From positions 1,827 through 65,826 of the forward strand of contig JAUCBJ010000459.1 of assembly GCA_032718475.1 (NCBI GenBank): a stretch of 64,000 nucleotides of DNA. The letters run 5' to 3'. Origin of the DNA: Nemertoderma westbladi (lineage: Eukaryota; Animalia; Xenacoelomorpha). Both the position numbers and the translations under genes were made by a program. Of the stretch, positions 45,901 to 59,284 are shown in pieces. Each line of letters opens with the position of its first letter. The stretch's first letter is position 1. The notes beneath the pieces were generated by a model. That model had not been told where the DNA came from, searched no databases, and saw only the letters and a program-made list of their open reading frames with translations.

Positions 45901-48260
45901 GGTAAGTACAAGCATATAGTATACCACGGTTAGTACAAACATAGAGTATACCACGGTTAGTACAAGCATATAGTATACCACGGTTAGTACAAGCATATAG
46001 TATACCACAGTTAGTACAAACATAGAGTATACCACGGTAAGTACAAGCATATAGTATACCACGGTTAGTACAAACATAGAGTATACCACGGTTAGTACAA
46101 GCATATAGTATACGACGGTTAGTACAAACATAGAGTATACCACGGTTAGTACAAGCATATAGTATACCACGGTTAGTACAAGCATAGAGTATACCACGGT
46201 TAGTACAAACATAGAGTATACCACGGTTAGTACAAACATAGAGTATACCACGGTTAGTACAAGCATATAGTATACCACGGTTAGTACAAGCATATAGTAT
46301 ACCACGGTTAGTACAAACATAGAGTATACCACGGTTAGTACAAGCATGTAGAGTGTACCACGGTTAGTACAAACATAGAGTATACCACGGTAAGTACAAT
46401 CATATAGTATACCACGGTTAGTACAAACATAGAGTATACCACTGTTAGTACAAGCATATAGTATACCACGGTTAGTACAAGCATATAGTATACCACGGTT
46501 AGTACAAACATAGAGTATACCACAGTAAGTACAAGCATATAGTATACCACGGTTAGTACAAACATAGAGTATACCACGGTTAGTACAAGCATATAGTATA
46601 CCACGGTTAGTACAAACATAGAGTATACCACGGTTAGTACAAGCATATAGTATACCACGGTTAGTACAAGCATATAGTATACCACGGTAAGTACAAGCAT
46701 AGAGTATACCACGGTTAGTACAAGCATGTAGAGTGTACCACGGTTAGTACAAACATAGAGTATACCACGGTAATTACAAGCATAGAGTATACCACGGTTA
46801 GTACAAGCATATAGTATACCACGGTTAGTACAAGCCTATAGTATACCACGGTTAGTACAAGCATAGAGTATACCACGGTTAGTACAAGCATAGAGTATAC
46901 CACGGTTAGTACAAACATAGAGTATACCACGGTAAGTACAAACATAGAGTATACCGCGGTTAGTACAAGCATAGAGTATACCACGGTTAGTACAAGCATA
47001 GAGTATTCCACGGTAAGTACAAGCATAGAGTATACCACGGTTAGTACAAGCATGTAGAGTGTACCGCGGTTAGTACAAACATAGAGTATACCACGGTAAG
47101 TACAAGCATATAGTATACCACGGTTAGTACAAACATAGAGTATACCACGGTTAGTACAAGCATATAGTATACCACGGTTAGTACAAGCATATAGTATACC
47201 ACGGTTAGTACAAGCATATAGTATACCACGGTTAGTACAAACATAGAGTATACCACGGTAAGCACAAGCATATAGTATACCACGGTTAGTACAAGCATAT
47301 AGTATACCACGGTTAGTACAAGCATATAGTATACCACGGTTAGTACAAACCTAGAGTATACCACGGTAAGTACAAGCATATAGTATACCACGGTTAGTAC
47401 AAGCATATAGTTTACCACGGTTAGTACAAGCATAGAGTATACCACGGTAAGTACAAACATAGAGTATACCACGGTTAGTACAAGCATAGAGTATACCACG
47501 GTTAGTATAAGCATAGAGTATACCACGGTAAGTACAAACATAGAGTATACCACGGTTAGTACAAGCATAGAGTATACCACGGTTAGTACAAGCATAGAGT
47601 ATACCACTGTTAGTACAAGCATGTAGAGTGTACCACGGTTAGTACAAACATAGAGTATACCACGGTAAGTACAAGCATATAGTATACCACGGTTAGTACA
47701 AACTTAGAGTATACCACGGTTAGTACAAGCATATAGTATACCACGGTTAGTACAAGCATATAGTATACCACGGTTAGTACAAGCATATAGTATACCACGG
47801 TTAGTACAAGCATATAGTATACCACGGTTAGTACAAGCATATAGTATACCACGGTTAGTACAAACATAGAGTATACCACGGTAAGTACAAGCATATAGTA
47901 TACCACGGTTAGTACAAGCATATAGTTTACCACGGTTAGTACAAGCATAGAGTATACCACGGTAAGTACAAACATAAGAGTATACCACGGTTAGTACAAG
48001 CATAGAGTATACCACGGTTAGTACAAGCATAGAGTATACCACGGTAAGTACAAACATAGAGTATACCACGGTTAGTACAAGCATAGAGTATACCACGGTT
48101 TGTACAAGCATAGAGTATACCACGGTTAGTACAAGCATGTAGAGTGTACCACGGTTAGTACAAGCATAGAGTATACCACGGTAAGTACAAGCATATAGTA
48201 TACCACGGTTAGTACAAACATAGAGTATACCACGGTTAGTACAAGCATATAGTACAAGTA
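36980..48260. repeat. 27-bp satellite, ~11.3 kb (~415 units), with higher-order duplications
   Basis: GTATACCACGGTWAGTACAARCATAKA; the same variant strings recur 3528 bp (39055/42583) and 2224 bp (44111/46335) apart. Confidence 0.97.
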
Positions 48261-48267
48261 CAAGTAC

Positions 48268-48762
48268 AATATTAGTCAGGCAATCTGTACCAGTACCATC
48301 TGTATCACTAACTAATAATATTAGTCAGGCAATCTGTACCATATGTAACACTAACTAATAATATTAGTCAGGCAATCTGTACCAGTACCATATGTAACAC
48401 TAACTAATAATATTAGTCAGGCAATCTGTACCATATGTAACACTAACTAATAATATTAGTCAGGCAATCTGAACAAGTACCATATGTAACACTAACTAAT
48501 AATATGAGTCAGGCAATCTGTACCATATGTAACACTAACTAATAATATTAGCCAGGCAATCTGTACAAGTACCATATATAACACTAACTAATAATATTAG
48601 TCAAGCAATCTGTACCATATGTATGTAACGCTAACTAATAATATTAGTCAGGCAATCTGTTCCATATGTAACACTAACTAATAATATTAGTCAGGCAATC
48701 TTACCATATGTAACACTAACTAATTATATTAGTCAGGCAATCTGTACAAGTACTATATGTAA
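48268..48762. repeat. ~42/49-bp alternating tandem repeat (~11 copies)
   Basis: AATATTAGTCAGGCAATCTGTAC(CAGTAC)CATATGTAACACTAACTAAT. Confidence 0.9.
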
Positions 48763-48775
48763 CCCGTCGGCCGTA

Positions 48776-50650
48776 ACAACTGTTTCGCAACATGTAATAA
48801 TGTACGACACAATGTACAACTGTTTATCAACATGTAATAATGTACGACGCAATGTACAACTGTTTCGCAACATGTAATAATGTCCCACACAATGTACAAC
48901 TGTTTAGCAACATGTAATAATGTACGACGCAATGTACAACTGTTTAGCAACATGTAATAATGTCCCACATAATGTACAACATTTTAGCAACATGTAATAA
49001 TGTACAACATTTTAGCAACATGTAATAATGTACAACGCAATGTACAACTGTTTCGCAACATGTAATAATCTCCCACACAATGTACAACTGTTTAGCAACA
49101 TGTAATAATGTACGACGCAATGTACAACTGTTTAGCAACATGTAATAATGTACGACGCAATGTACAACTGTTTAGCAACATGTAATAATGTACGACACAA
49201 TGTACAACTGTTTAGCAACATGTAATAATGTACGACGCAATGTACAACTGTTTCTCAACATGTAATAATGTCGCACGCAATGTACAACTGTTTAGCAACA
49301 TGTAATTATGTACGACGCAATGTACAACTGTTTAGCTACATGTAATAATGTACGACACAATGTACAACTGTTTCGCAACATGTAATAATGTCCCACACAA
49401 TGTACAACTGTTTCGCAACATGTAATAATCTCCCACACAATGTACAACTGTTTAGCAACATGTAATAATGTACGACGCAATGTACAACTGTTTAGCAACA
49501 TGTAATAATGTACGACGCAATGTACAACTGTTTAGCAACATGTAATAATGTACGACACAATGTACAACTGTTTCGCAACATGTAATAATGTCCCACACAA
49601 AGTACAACTGTTTAGCAACATGTAATAATGTACGACGCAATGTACAACTGTTTCGCAACATGTAATAATGTACGACGCAATGTACAACTGTTTAGCAACA
49701 TGTAATAATGTACGACGCAATGTACAACTGTTTAGCAACATGTAATAATGTACGAAGCAATGTACAACTGTTTAGCAACATGTTATAATGTCCCACGCAA
49801 TGTACAACTGTTTAGCAACATGTAATAATGTACGACGCAATGTACAACTGTTTAGCAACATGTAATAATGTACGACGCAATGTACAACTGTTTAGCAACA
49901 TGTAATAATGTACGATGCAATGTACAACTGTTTCGCAACATGTAATAATGTACGACGCATTGCAGAACTGTTTAGCAACATGTAATAATGTACGACGCAA
50001 TATACAACTTTTTAGCAACATGTAATAATGTACTACGCAATGTACAACTGTTTAGCAACATGTAATAATGTACGACGCAATGTACAACTGTTTAGCAACA
50101 TGCAATAATGTACGACGCAATATACAACGGTTTTGTAACATGTAATAATGTACGACGCAATGTACAACTGTTTCGCAACATGTAATAATGTACGACGCAA
50201 TGTACAACTGTTTAGCAACATGTAATAATGTACGACACAATGTACAACTGTTTCGTAACATTTAATAATGTACAACGCAATGCACAACTGTTTCGTAACA
50301 TGTAATAATGTACGACGCAATGTACAACTGTTTCGCAACATGTAATAATGTACGACGCAATGTACAACTGTTTCGCAACATGTAATAATGTACGACACAA
50401 TGTACAACTGTTTAGCAACATGTAATAATGTACGACGCAATGTACAACTGTTTCGCAACATGTAATAATGTCCCACACAATGTACAACTGTTTAGCAACA
50501 TGTAATAATGTACGACGCAATGTACAACTGTTTCGCAACATGTAATAATGTACGACGCAATGTACAACTGTTTAGCAACATGTAATAATGTACGACACAA
50601 TGTACAACTGTTTAGCAACATGTAATAATGTACGACGCAATGTACAACTG
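48776..50650. repeat. 40-bp satellite (~47 copies)
   Basis: TGTACAACTGTTTMGCAACATGTAATAATGTACGACGCAA. Confidence 0.95.
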
Positions 50651-51235
50651 GGTGAACCATCTCTACCTGAGTAAACAAACTCTATGTGGGTGAACCATCT
50701 GTACCTGAGTAAACAAACTCTATCTGGGTGAACCATCTCTAACAGAGTGAACCATCTCTACCTGAGTGAACCATTTCTACCTGAGTAAACAAACTCTATT
50801 TATGTGAACCATCTCTACCAGAGGGAACTATCTCTACCAGAGTAAACCATCTCTACCTGAGTGAACAAACTCTATCTGGGTGAACCATCTATAACAGAGT
50901 GAACCATATCTACCTGAGTGAACCATTTCTACCTGAGTAAACCATTTCTACCTGAGTGAACAAACTCTATCTGGGTGAACCATCTCTACCTGAGTGAACC
51001 ATCTCTACCTGGGTGAACAAACTCTATCGAGGTGAACCATCTCTACCTGAGTTAACAAACTCTATGTGGGTGAACCATCTGTACCTGAGTAAACAAACTC
51101 TATCTAGGTGAACCATCTCTAACAGAATGAACTATCTCTACCTGAGTGAACAAACTCTAATTGGGTGAACCATCTCTACCTGAGTGAACCATTTCTACCT
51201 GAGTGAACAAACTCTATCTGGGTGAACCATCTCTA
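50648..51235. repeat. Second, diverged block of the 19-bp satellite
   Basis: CTGGGTGAACCATCTCTACCTGAGT units, as at 18221-33390. Confidence 0.9.
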
Positions 51236-51254
51236 TTCTCTACTGAATAATGAA

Positions 51255-51845
51255 TAACGACACCACACTTACTCCCAATGTTGGTAATTCATCAATGTTG
51301 GTTGTTATCTGTAATGAATAGAGACACCACACTTACTCCCAATGTTGGTAACTCATCAATCTTGGCTGTTACCTGTAATGAATAGAGACACCACACTTAC
51401 TCCCAATGTTGGTAAATCATCAATCTTGGCTGTTACCTGTAATGAATAGAGACACCACACTTACTCCCAATGTTGGTAACTCATCAATGTTGGTTAATAT
51501 CTGTAATGAATAGAGACACCACACTTACTCCCAATGTTGGTAAATCATCAATCTTGGTTGTTATATGTAATGAATAGATACACCACACTTACTCCCAATT
51601 TTGGTAAATCATCAATATTGGCTGTTACCTCTAATGAATAGAGACATCACACTTACTCCCAATGTTGGTAACTCATCAATGTTGGTTGTTATCTGTAATG
51701 AATAGAGACACCACACTTACTCCCAATGTTGGTAACTCATCTATATTGGCTGTTACCTGTAATGAATAGAGACACCACACTCACTCCCAATGTTGGTAAC
51801 TGATCAATGTTGGCTGTTACCTGTAATGAATAGAGACACTACACT
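51255..51845. repeat. ~63-bp tandem repeat (~9 copies)
   Basis: TGTAATGAATAGAGACACCACACTTACTCCCAATGTTGGTAA units. Confidence 0.9.
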
Positions 51846-52789
51846 TAGTGTTGTGGGTCTTAGGTTATGTGGGTTAATGCTGTGGGTTGTAAGTGTTGTG
51901 GATTTTATTATTGTTGGGTGCAGTTATTCATATGCTGCATGATGTTTGTGAATCTTTTCTTTCTAGCACATGTCAAATATAACATGACACTAACTTCCTT
52001 CCATTAGTAGGATATTCCAGGTCTGGAGGTATCCAATATAGGTCACTTCAGGTCTGGTTGGATTCGCCAAGGTACTGGATTCGCCAAGATTCGCCAAACA
52101 ATTCCCCTGATACATGTCTGGATATATTTCTCACTGGACCACCGCTAGGCAATACATAATAAATGTTGCCTCGATTTGTCTCAGATTTTTAGGCACTTGA
52201 GAATTGCATCAATCATCATCCATTATCCCATATAACTTGAGATAGATTAGGACTGGATGTGATTCAGACTGGACCACCGCTAGGCAATACATAATTAATG
52301 TTGCCCCGATTTGTCTCACATTGAACATATTTAAATGTGTGTGCATGTTAATTGTTTTATACAATTGGTACATACATATTCCATGGGTCATTTTAACACA
52401 ATTTTATTGTAATTTATCACAGTCAATTATTCGAATTACTGATGCAGTTGAGTCATCCTATTTATGGTTAGCATATGCAGTTTGACACCTTATTGACAGT
52501 TTACTGATTTAATAACCCAATAATTCATTGTCATGTCCCTGTATCCACTACTTTGATGTGATATGGCGCTCCGGTCACTCCGTTCCCTCCGCTGGATTGT
52601 AAAAGTAATTAGTAAAGAAACATTCTTTATAACATATTATGACATTATTTTACATCTCATAAAAACTACAGAGAATATAAAAAATCCGAGTTTATGGTTA
52701 GAAGCGTGTTACAATAATGAAAACTTCTTACACTTAAAGTTTTTCCTTACCAATTATAGTTTTCAAGAGAGTCTGACATGAGTAGCAAA

Positions 52790-55091
52790 ATTATAATTTT
52801 TTTTTTGTAAAGTCTGATTTTACCGGTACCTGTCATCCGAAATATGGATTGTGATATACCGTTGGATGCGGGTCCCCTAACTGTACAATCACATTTTTTC
52901 AAAAAAAAAATTCCATCAACGGTTCTCGAAATATTATCGAATTACCGGAAGCAGACTTTGGACGACCATATCTCCGGTACCGGTAGGCCTATTGAGTTGA
53001 ATTTTGTTTTAACTTACTCAGAACGTTCCAGTGAATGTTTCTTATTTAGAAATGTTTGTCTGAAAATGCATACATCAGATTTCTTAAAAACTGATCTTTT
53101 GCGATCATGATCTTTTGACCCTCTAGAATTGAACTTTTTTATGCCCAAATTTTGGCTACCCCCCCTAATTCGAGGGTGAGGAATCTTTTTGTGATGTTAA
53201 GTTTTTCCATACGGTGAACTCACCGGACTTGCTCTTTGAAATAAAACCAAAAACACGATCTTTCCTGATCGCTGCCTGATCAAATCACTTTTTGTAAATT
53301 TCGAAATACTCAAAAGTTGCCGCTTCTTAATAGAAGTCGATTAGTAAAAAAAAAATCGGGGGTCTCAAACAAAGTTTTCGAGAAAATTGGAAAAAACCGA
53401 AAAACACGATCTTTTACGATCAGGTAGCATATCTCGAGATCCGGTTGTCCGATCGAGCCAATTTTTTTTTTAATCAACTCAGAATGGACCAGGAAACATT
53501 TCTTACAATGAATGTTTATTAGAAAAATGATTAGATTAGATTTTAAAAGTACTGATCTGTTCGCGATCATGATCTTGAGTTTTGACCCACTAGACTTGAA
53601 CTTTTTTATGCCCAAATTTTGGCTACCCCCCCTAATTCGAGGGTGAGGAATCTTTTTGCGATGTTAAGTTTTTCCATACGGTGAACTCACAGGACTTGCT
53701 CTTTGAAATAAAACCGAAAACACGATCTTTTCTGATCACGGCCTGATCAAATCGCTTTTTGAAAATTTCGAAATATACAAAAGGTGCCCCTTAACCATAG
53801 AAGTCGATTCGTAAAAAAAAAATCGGGGGTCTCAAACAAAGTTTTCGAGAAAAATCTAAAAAACTAAAAAAACATGATCTTTTATGATCAGGTATCAGAT
53901 CTCGAGAACCAGTTGTCCGATCGAGCCAATTTTTTTTTTAATCGACTCAGGGCGGTGCCCCGAAGGTTTCTTACAGTAATTGTTTAATCCGAAAGTGCTT
54001 AGTTACGTTTTTATTAAAGTCCGATCTTTGCCGATCATGATCTTGAGTTTTGACCCACTAGACTTGAACTTTTTTATGCCCAAATTTTGGCTACCCCCCC
54101 TAAGTCGAGGGTGAGGAATCTTTTTGTGATGTGAGGTTTTTCCATACGGTGAACTCACAGGACTTGGTCTTCAAAATAAAACCGAAAACACGATCTTTTC
54201 TGATCGCGGCCTGATCAAATCACTTTTTGAAAATTTCGAAATGCACAAAATGTGCCCCTTCTTATTAGAAGTCGATTCGTAAAAAAAAAATCGGGGGTCT
54301 CGATGATAGTTTTCGAGAAAATTAAAAAAAACCAAAAAACACGATCTTTTTCGATCAGGAAGCATATCTCGAGAACCGGTTGTCCGATCGTGCCAATTTT
54401 TTTTTTAATCGACTCAGGGCGGTGTTCTGAAGGTTTCTTACAGTAATTGTTTATATCCAAAATGCTTAGTTACGATTTTACGATGTCCGATCTTTGCGCG
54501 ATCCGGATCTTGCGTTTTGATCGGGAAGACTTCACTTTTTTTAATTTTTTTTAACGGGAATCATAACTAATGTGGGGTCGATGAATCTTTTTGTAATGTT
54601 AAGTTTTTCGATTGGAGCAAGCCTTGAGTGTCCGATTGCTGATCAAAACTGATCTTTGCTGATCGCGGTCAAGATCATGTTCGGATCGCTCCAAAAAAGA
54701 TCATTTAAATGTTAACCCATATGCTGCCTATCGATTGGCGCCGGTCCCAACTCCATAGCATTAGCCGTTTTGGCTGTAGCTCCCTAGCAACGGCGGTTGC
54801 CAAGGAACCCGTTTTTTCGCCTCAAATTGGCCCTAGCCGGAGAACCGTTGAGATTCACGAGTCGCCGAGTTTCACTAAAAGTCTTGTAATTAAATTTTGG
54901 GGGGGGGTCTAGGAACATTTTATTGGTGGTTTTGGCCTAGTTCTCGAGATAACCTTCTCAGCCGTTTTTTGGGACCCTGCCAAATATTCCGAAGCCAGTT
55001 CAGCGAGATGGCCGTCGTCGGGCTTTGGGCCGGAGTGATGTTAGTAGTCCTACGGACATTATACCTGTCGGTGAACGGCCCATACATCCAG
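52790..55091. repeat. Terminal block of ~467-bp modules of the giant element
   Basis: Colinear with 90-2384 and 56990-59284. Confidence 0.85.
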
Positions 55092-55581
55092 TAAGCGTAC
55101 CGAGAGACACTCTCTATAGCCGAGTGGGGGCACTTTATTCCCAACCCCGAAACAAACAAAATATCATAACCCCCCTCTATCAATCAAATAATAGTGGTGG
55201 GTGGGAGCTGGCGAGTAGAATTTATGGCACGAATTGGGTTCGGCTTGCGTCGCATCATGCGGGTTTGGCCCCGATCGATATAGTAACATATTAGTAATGC
55301 AACTGCGTAAACAAACTACAAGAAGTTACGACAATGATAGAAGGATTCATATTTAGTGATATGTTATGTATGATTGTTATATATATATATTCTAATAAGT
55401 AGATGTAATTATTTATTATTACTCTTTACTTTAAAGTGCATGTTGGGCTCTACTCTCTCAAAATCTTAACAATTCTGAAACAAGTTCATGTAGGTGAGTT
55501 GGAATGACTGCGTTCGCATGGCCGGGTTGGTTGAGTAGTCCTACGGATATTAGCCTGTCAATGTGTGGCCCATATGTCCGG
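55092..55581 (-). mobile_element. 490-bp mini member (J4-J5)
   Basis: Copy of 4871-5356; hairpins at 55108-55126 and 55538-55548. Confidence 0.6.
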
Positions 55582-58500
55582 TAAGCAACCGAGGGTGCAC
55601 TCTCTAAAGCCGAGTGGGGGGCACTTTATAATAATAACAAGTAATCACGAACCCCGTCCTCTTATAAGTTATCATAATTTTGGATTAAAGAAAATTGTTT
55701 TAGACCCAATTGATAAAGTAACATTATTATTAATGCTACCATATAGACAAAGTTGAAGATATGGATTAATAATTAATTTATCCTTTATTAACTTATCCTT
55801 TATTAATACTACATACTTCAATGTGCCAATTGTAATAATAATGAAACATTTTCCAGTTAATACAGGTTTCACCCCATTTGATATTATACTGCGGCATTAT
55901 ATATTAATATAACCTCGCAGGCAAACAAGAAGTAAAGCAAATGTTTCTTATCTTAGATTTAGAGTGATTTTAGAGATTTAGAGCTTAGTGAATGATTAGA
56001 GAATTAAAAAATATGCCAGTACTTGCCTTTTGATCAGATAATCAAAGCGTCTTTAGTATAGTACCATAATAATATCAATTAGCAATCTGTTATACAATAT
56101 AAATACTAAAATCTATTTTTCAAATATATTAAGAGCCCAACATTGTATATTTATCCTACAGGTGGAGAATCTAGTTTATTAGAACTTCATATAATTTGGT
56201 ATAATGTATAATATGTTATAAATAAGACTGAGGTACCTAAACTATATTGAAAAGAAATCAAATACCCGAAAGTAATATACTAGCCCCTCCCTCCACCCTA
56301 TAAATAGTGTTTGCCACCTACCCCACCCACCACCCTTGGCGCTCCGGTCACTCCGTTCCCTCCGCGGGGGGATTAAGTAGTCGGTTTTGATACTATGCAA
56401 AATCTGAGCACAGCGTTAGAAGCGCATTGGATAGGCAAACATTTCTTGCGGTGAAAGTATTTTCATACCTATTATAGTTTTCAAGATAGTCAGGCATGAG
56501 TAGCAAAAATTTGAATTTTTTCTGGTAAAGTCTGATTTTACCGGTACCTGTAATCCGAAATATGGATTGTGATATATCGTTGGATGCGGGCCACCAAACT
56601 GTACATTCACATGTTTTCAAAAAAAATTTTCGATAAATGGTCATCGAGTTATCATAAAATTACGAGAATCAGACTTTGGACGACCATATCTCTGGTACCG
56701 GTAGGCCTATTGAGTTGAATTTTTTTAAAACTTACTTAGAACGGTCCATTGAATGTTTCTTAGTTTGAAAATTTTGTCTGAAAAGGCTTACATCAAAATT
56801 CTAAAAAACCGATCTTTTGCGATCGTGGTGATCAGGGCTTAAGTTGTTTATATCTCGAAAACTAATGACCGTGGTAGAAATCTGAATACATCGTTAGAAG
56901 CGCATTGGATAGGCCAACATTTCTTACAGTGAAAGTATCTTCATACCTATTATAGTTTTAGAGATAGTCAGACATGAGTAGAAAAAATTTGAATTTTTTT
57001 TGGTAAAGTCTGATTTTACTGGTACCTGTCATCCAAAATATGGGTTGTGATATATCGTTGGGTGCAGGTCCTGTAACTGTACAATCACATTTTTTCAAAA
57101 AAAAAATTCGATCAACGGTTCTCGAAATATTATCGAATTACCGGAAGCAGAATTTGGACGACCATATCTCCGGTACCGGTAGGCCTATTGAGTTGAATTT
57201 TGTTTTAACTTACTCAGAACGTTCCAGTGAATGTTTCTTATTTAGAAATTTTTGTCTGAAAATGCATACATCAGATTTCTTAAAAACTGATCTTTTGCGA
57301 TCATGATCTTTTGACCCTCTAGAATTGAACTTTTTTATGCCCGAATTTTGGCTACCCCCCCTAATTCGAGGGTGAGGAATCTTTTTGTGATGTTAAGTTT
57401 TTCCATACGGTGAACTCACAGGACTTGCTCTTTGAAATAAAACCGAAAACACGATCTTTCCTGATCGCTGCCTGATCAAATCACTTTTTGGAAATTTCGA
57501 AATACTCAAAAGTTGCCCCTTCCTAATAGAAGTCGATTAGTAAAAAAAAAATCGGGGGTCTCAAACAAAGTTTTCGAGAAAATTGGAAAAAACCGAAAAA
57601 CACGATCTTTTACGATCAGGTAGCATATCTCGAGATCCGGTTGTCCGATCGAGCCAATTTTTTTTTAATCAACTCAGAATGAACCAGTGAACATTTCTTA
57701 CAATGAATGTTTATTAAAAAAATGCTTAGATTCAATTTTAAATATACTGATCTTTTCGTGATCATGATCTTGAGTTTTGACCCACTAGACTTGAACTTTT
57801 TTATGCCCAAATTCTGGCTACCCCCCCTAATTCGAGGGTGAAGAATCTTTTTGCGATGTTAAGTTTTTCCATACGGTGAACTCACAGGACTTGCTCTTTG
57901 AAATAAAACTGAAAACACGATCTTTTCTGATCACGGCCTGATCAAATCGCTTTTTGAAAATTTCGAAATGCACAAAAGGTGCCCCATCACCGTAGAAGTT
58001 GATTCGTAAAAAAAAAATCGGGGGTCTCGATGATAGTTTTCGAGAAAAATCTAAAAAACTAAAAAAACACGATCTTTTATGATCAGGTATCAGATCTCGA
58101 GAACCAGTTGTCCGATCGAGCCAATTTTTTTTTTAATCGACTCAGGGCGGTGCCCCGAAGGTTTCTTACAGTAATTGTTTAATCCGAAAGTGCTTAGTTA
58201 CGATTTTATTAAAGTCCGATCTTTGCAGATCATGATCTTGAGTTTTGACCCACTAGACTTGAACTTTTTTATGCCCAAATTTTGGCTACCCCCCATAATT
58301 CGAGGGTGAGGAATCTTTTTGTGATGTTAAGTTTTTCCATACGGTGAACTCCCAGGACTTGGTCTTCGAAATAAAACCGAAAACACGATCTTTTCTGATC
58401 GCGGCCTGATCAAATCGCTTTTTAAAAATTTCGAAATGCACAAAAGGTGCCCCTTCTTATTAGAAGTCGATTAGTAAAAAAAAAATCGGGGGTCTCGATG

Positions 58501-59284
58501 ATAGTTTTCGAGAAAATTGAATAAAACCAAAAAACACGATCTTTTTCGATCAGGAAGCATATCTCGAGAACCGGTTGTCCGATCGAGCCAATTTTTTTTT
58601 TAATCGACTCAGGGCGGTGTTCTGAAGGTTTCTTACAGTAATTGTTTATATCCAAAATGCTTAGTTACGATTTTACGATGTCCGATCTTTGCGCGATCCG
58701 GATCTTGTGTTTTGATCGGGAAGACTTCACTTTTTTTTAATTTTTTTAACGGGAATCATAACTAATGTGGGGTCGATGAATCTTTTTGTAATGTTAAGTT
58801 TTTCGATTGGAGCAAGCCTTGAGTGTCCGATTGCTGATCAAAACTGATCTTTACTGATCGCGGCCAAGATCATGTTCGGATCGCTACAAAAAAGATTATT
58901 TAAATGTAAACCCATATGCTGCCTATCGATTGGCGCCGGTCCCAACTCCGTAGCATTAGCCGTTTTGGCTGTAGCTCCCTAGCAACGGCGGTTGCCGAGG
59001 AACCCGTTTTTTCGCCTCAAATTGGCCCTAGCCGGAGAACCGTTGAGATTCACGAGTCGCCGAGTTTCACTAAAAGTCTTAGAATTAAATTTTGGGGGGG
59101 GGTCTAGGAACATTTTATTGGTGGTTTTGGCCTAGTTCTCGAGATAACCTTCTACTTCTCTAAAAAAGGCAACCATTAGTTTTCCGAAGCCAGTTCAGCG
59201 AGGTGGCCGTCGTCGGGCTTTGGGCCGGAGTGATGTTTGTAGTCCTACGGACATCACGTAAACGGAACTGGCCCATACATCCAG
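55582..59284 (-). mobile_element. 3.7 kb non-autonomous relative of the giant element (J5-J6)
   Basis: Shares both ends with 5357-55091; GA-hairpin at 56341-56365; no coding region. Confidence 0.7.

Noticed and set aside
36955-50678. ORFs (YACTNRGIL)n, (MLVLTVVYS)n and 40-bp repeat ORFs
   Set aside because: Satellite artefacts that switch frame at indel variants
36980-51845. CRISPR-like arrays
   Set aside because: Repeats are contiguous with no unique spacers; no cas genes; eukaryotic context
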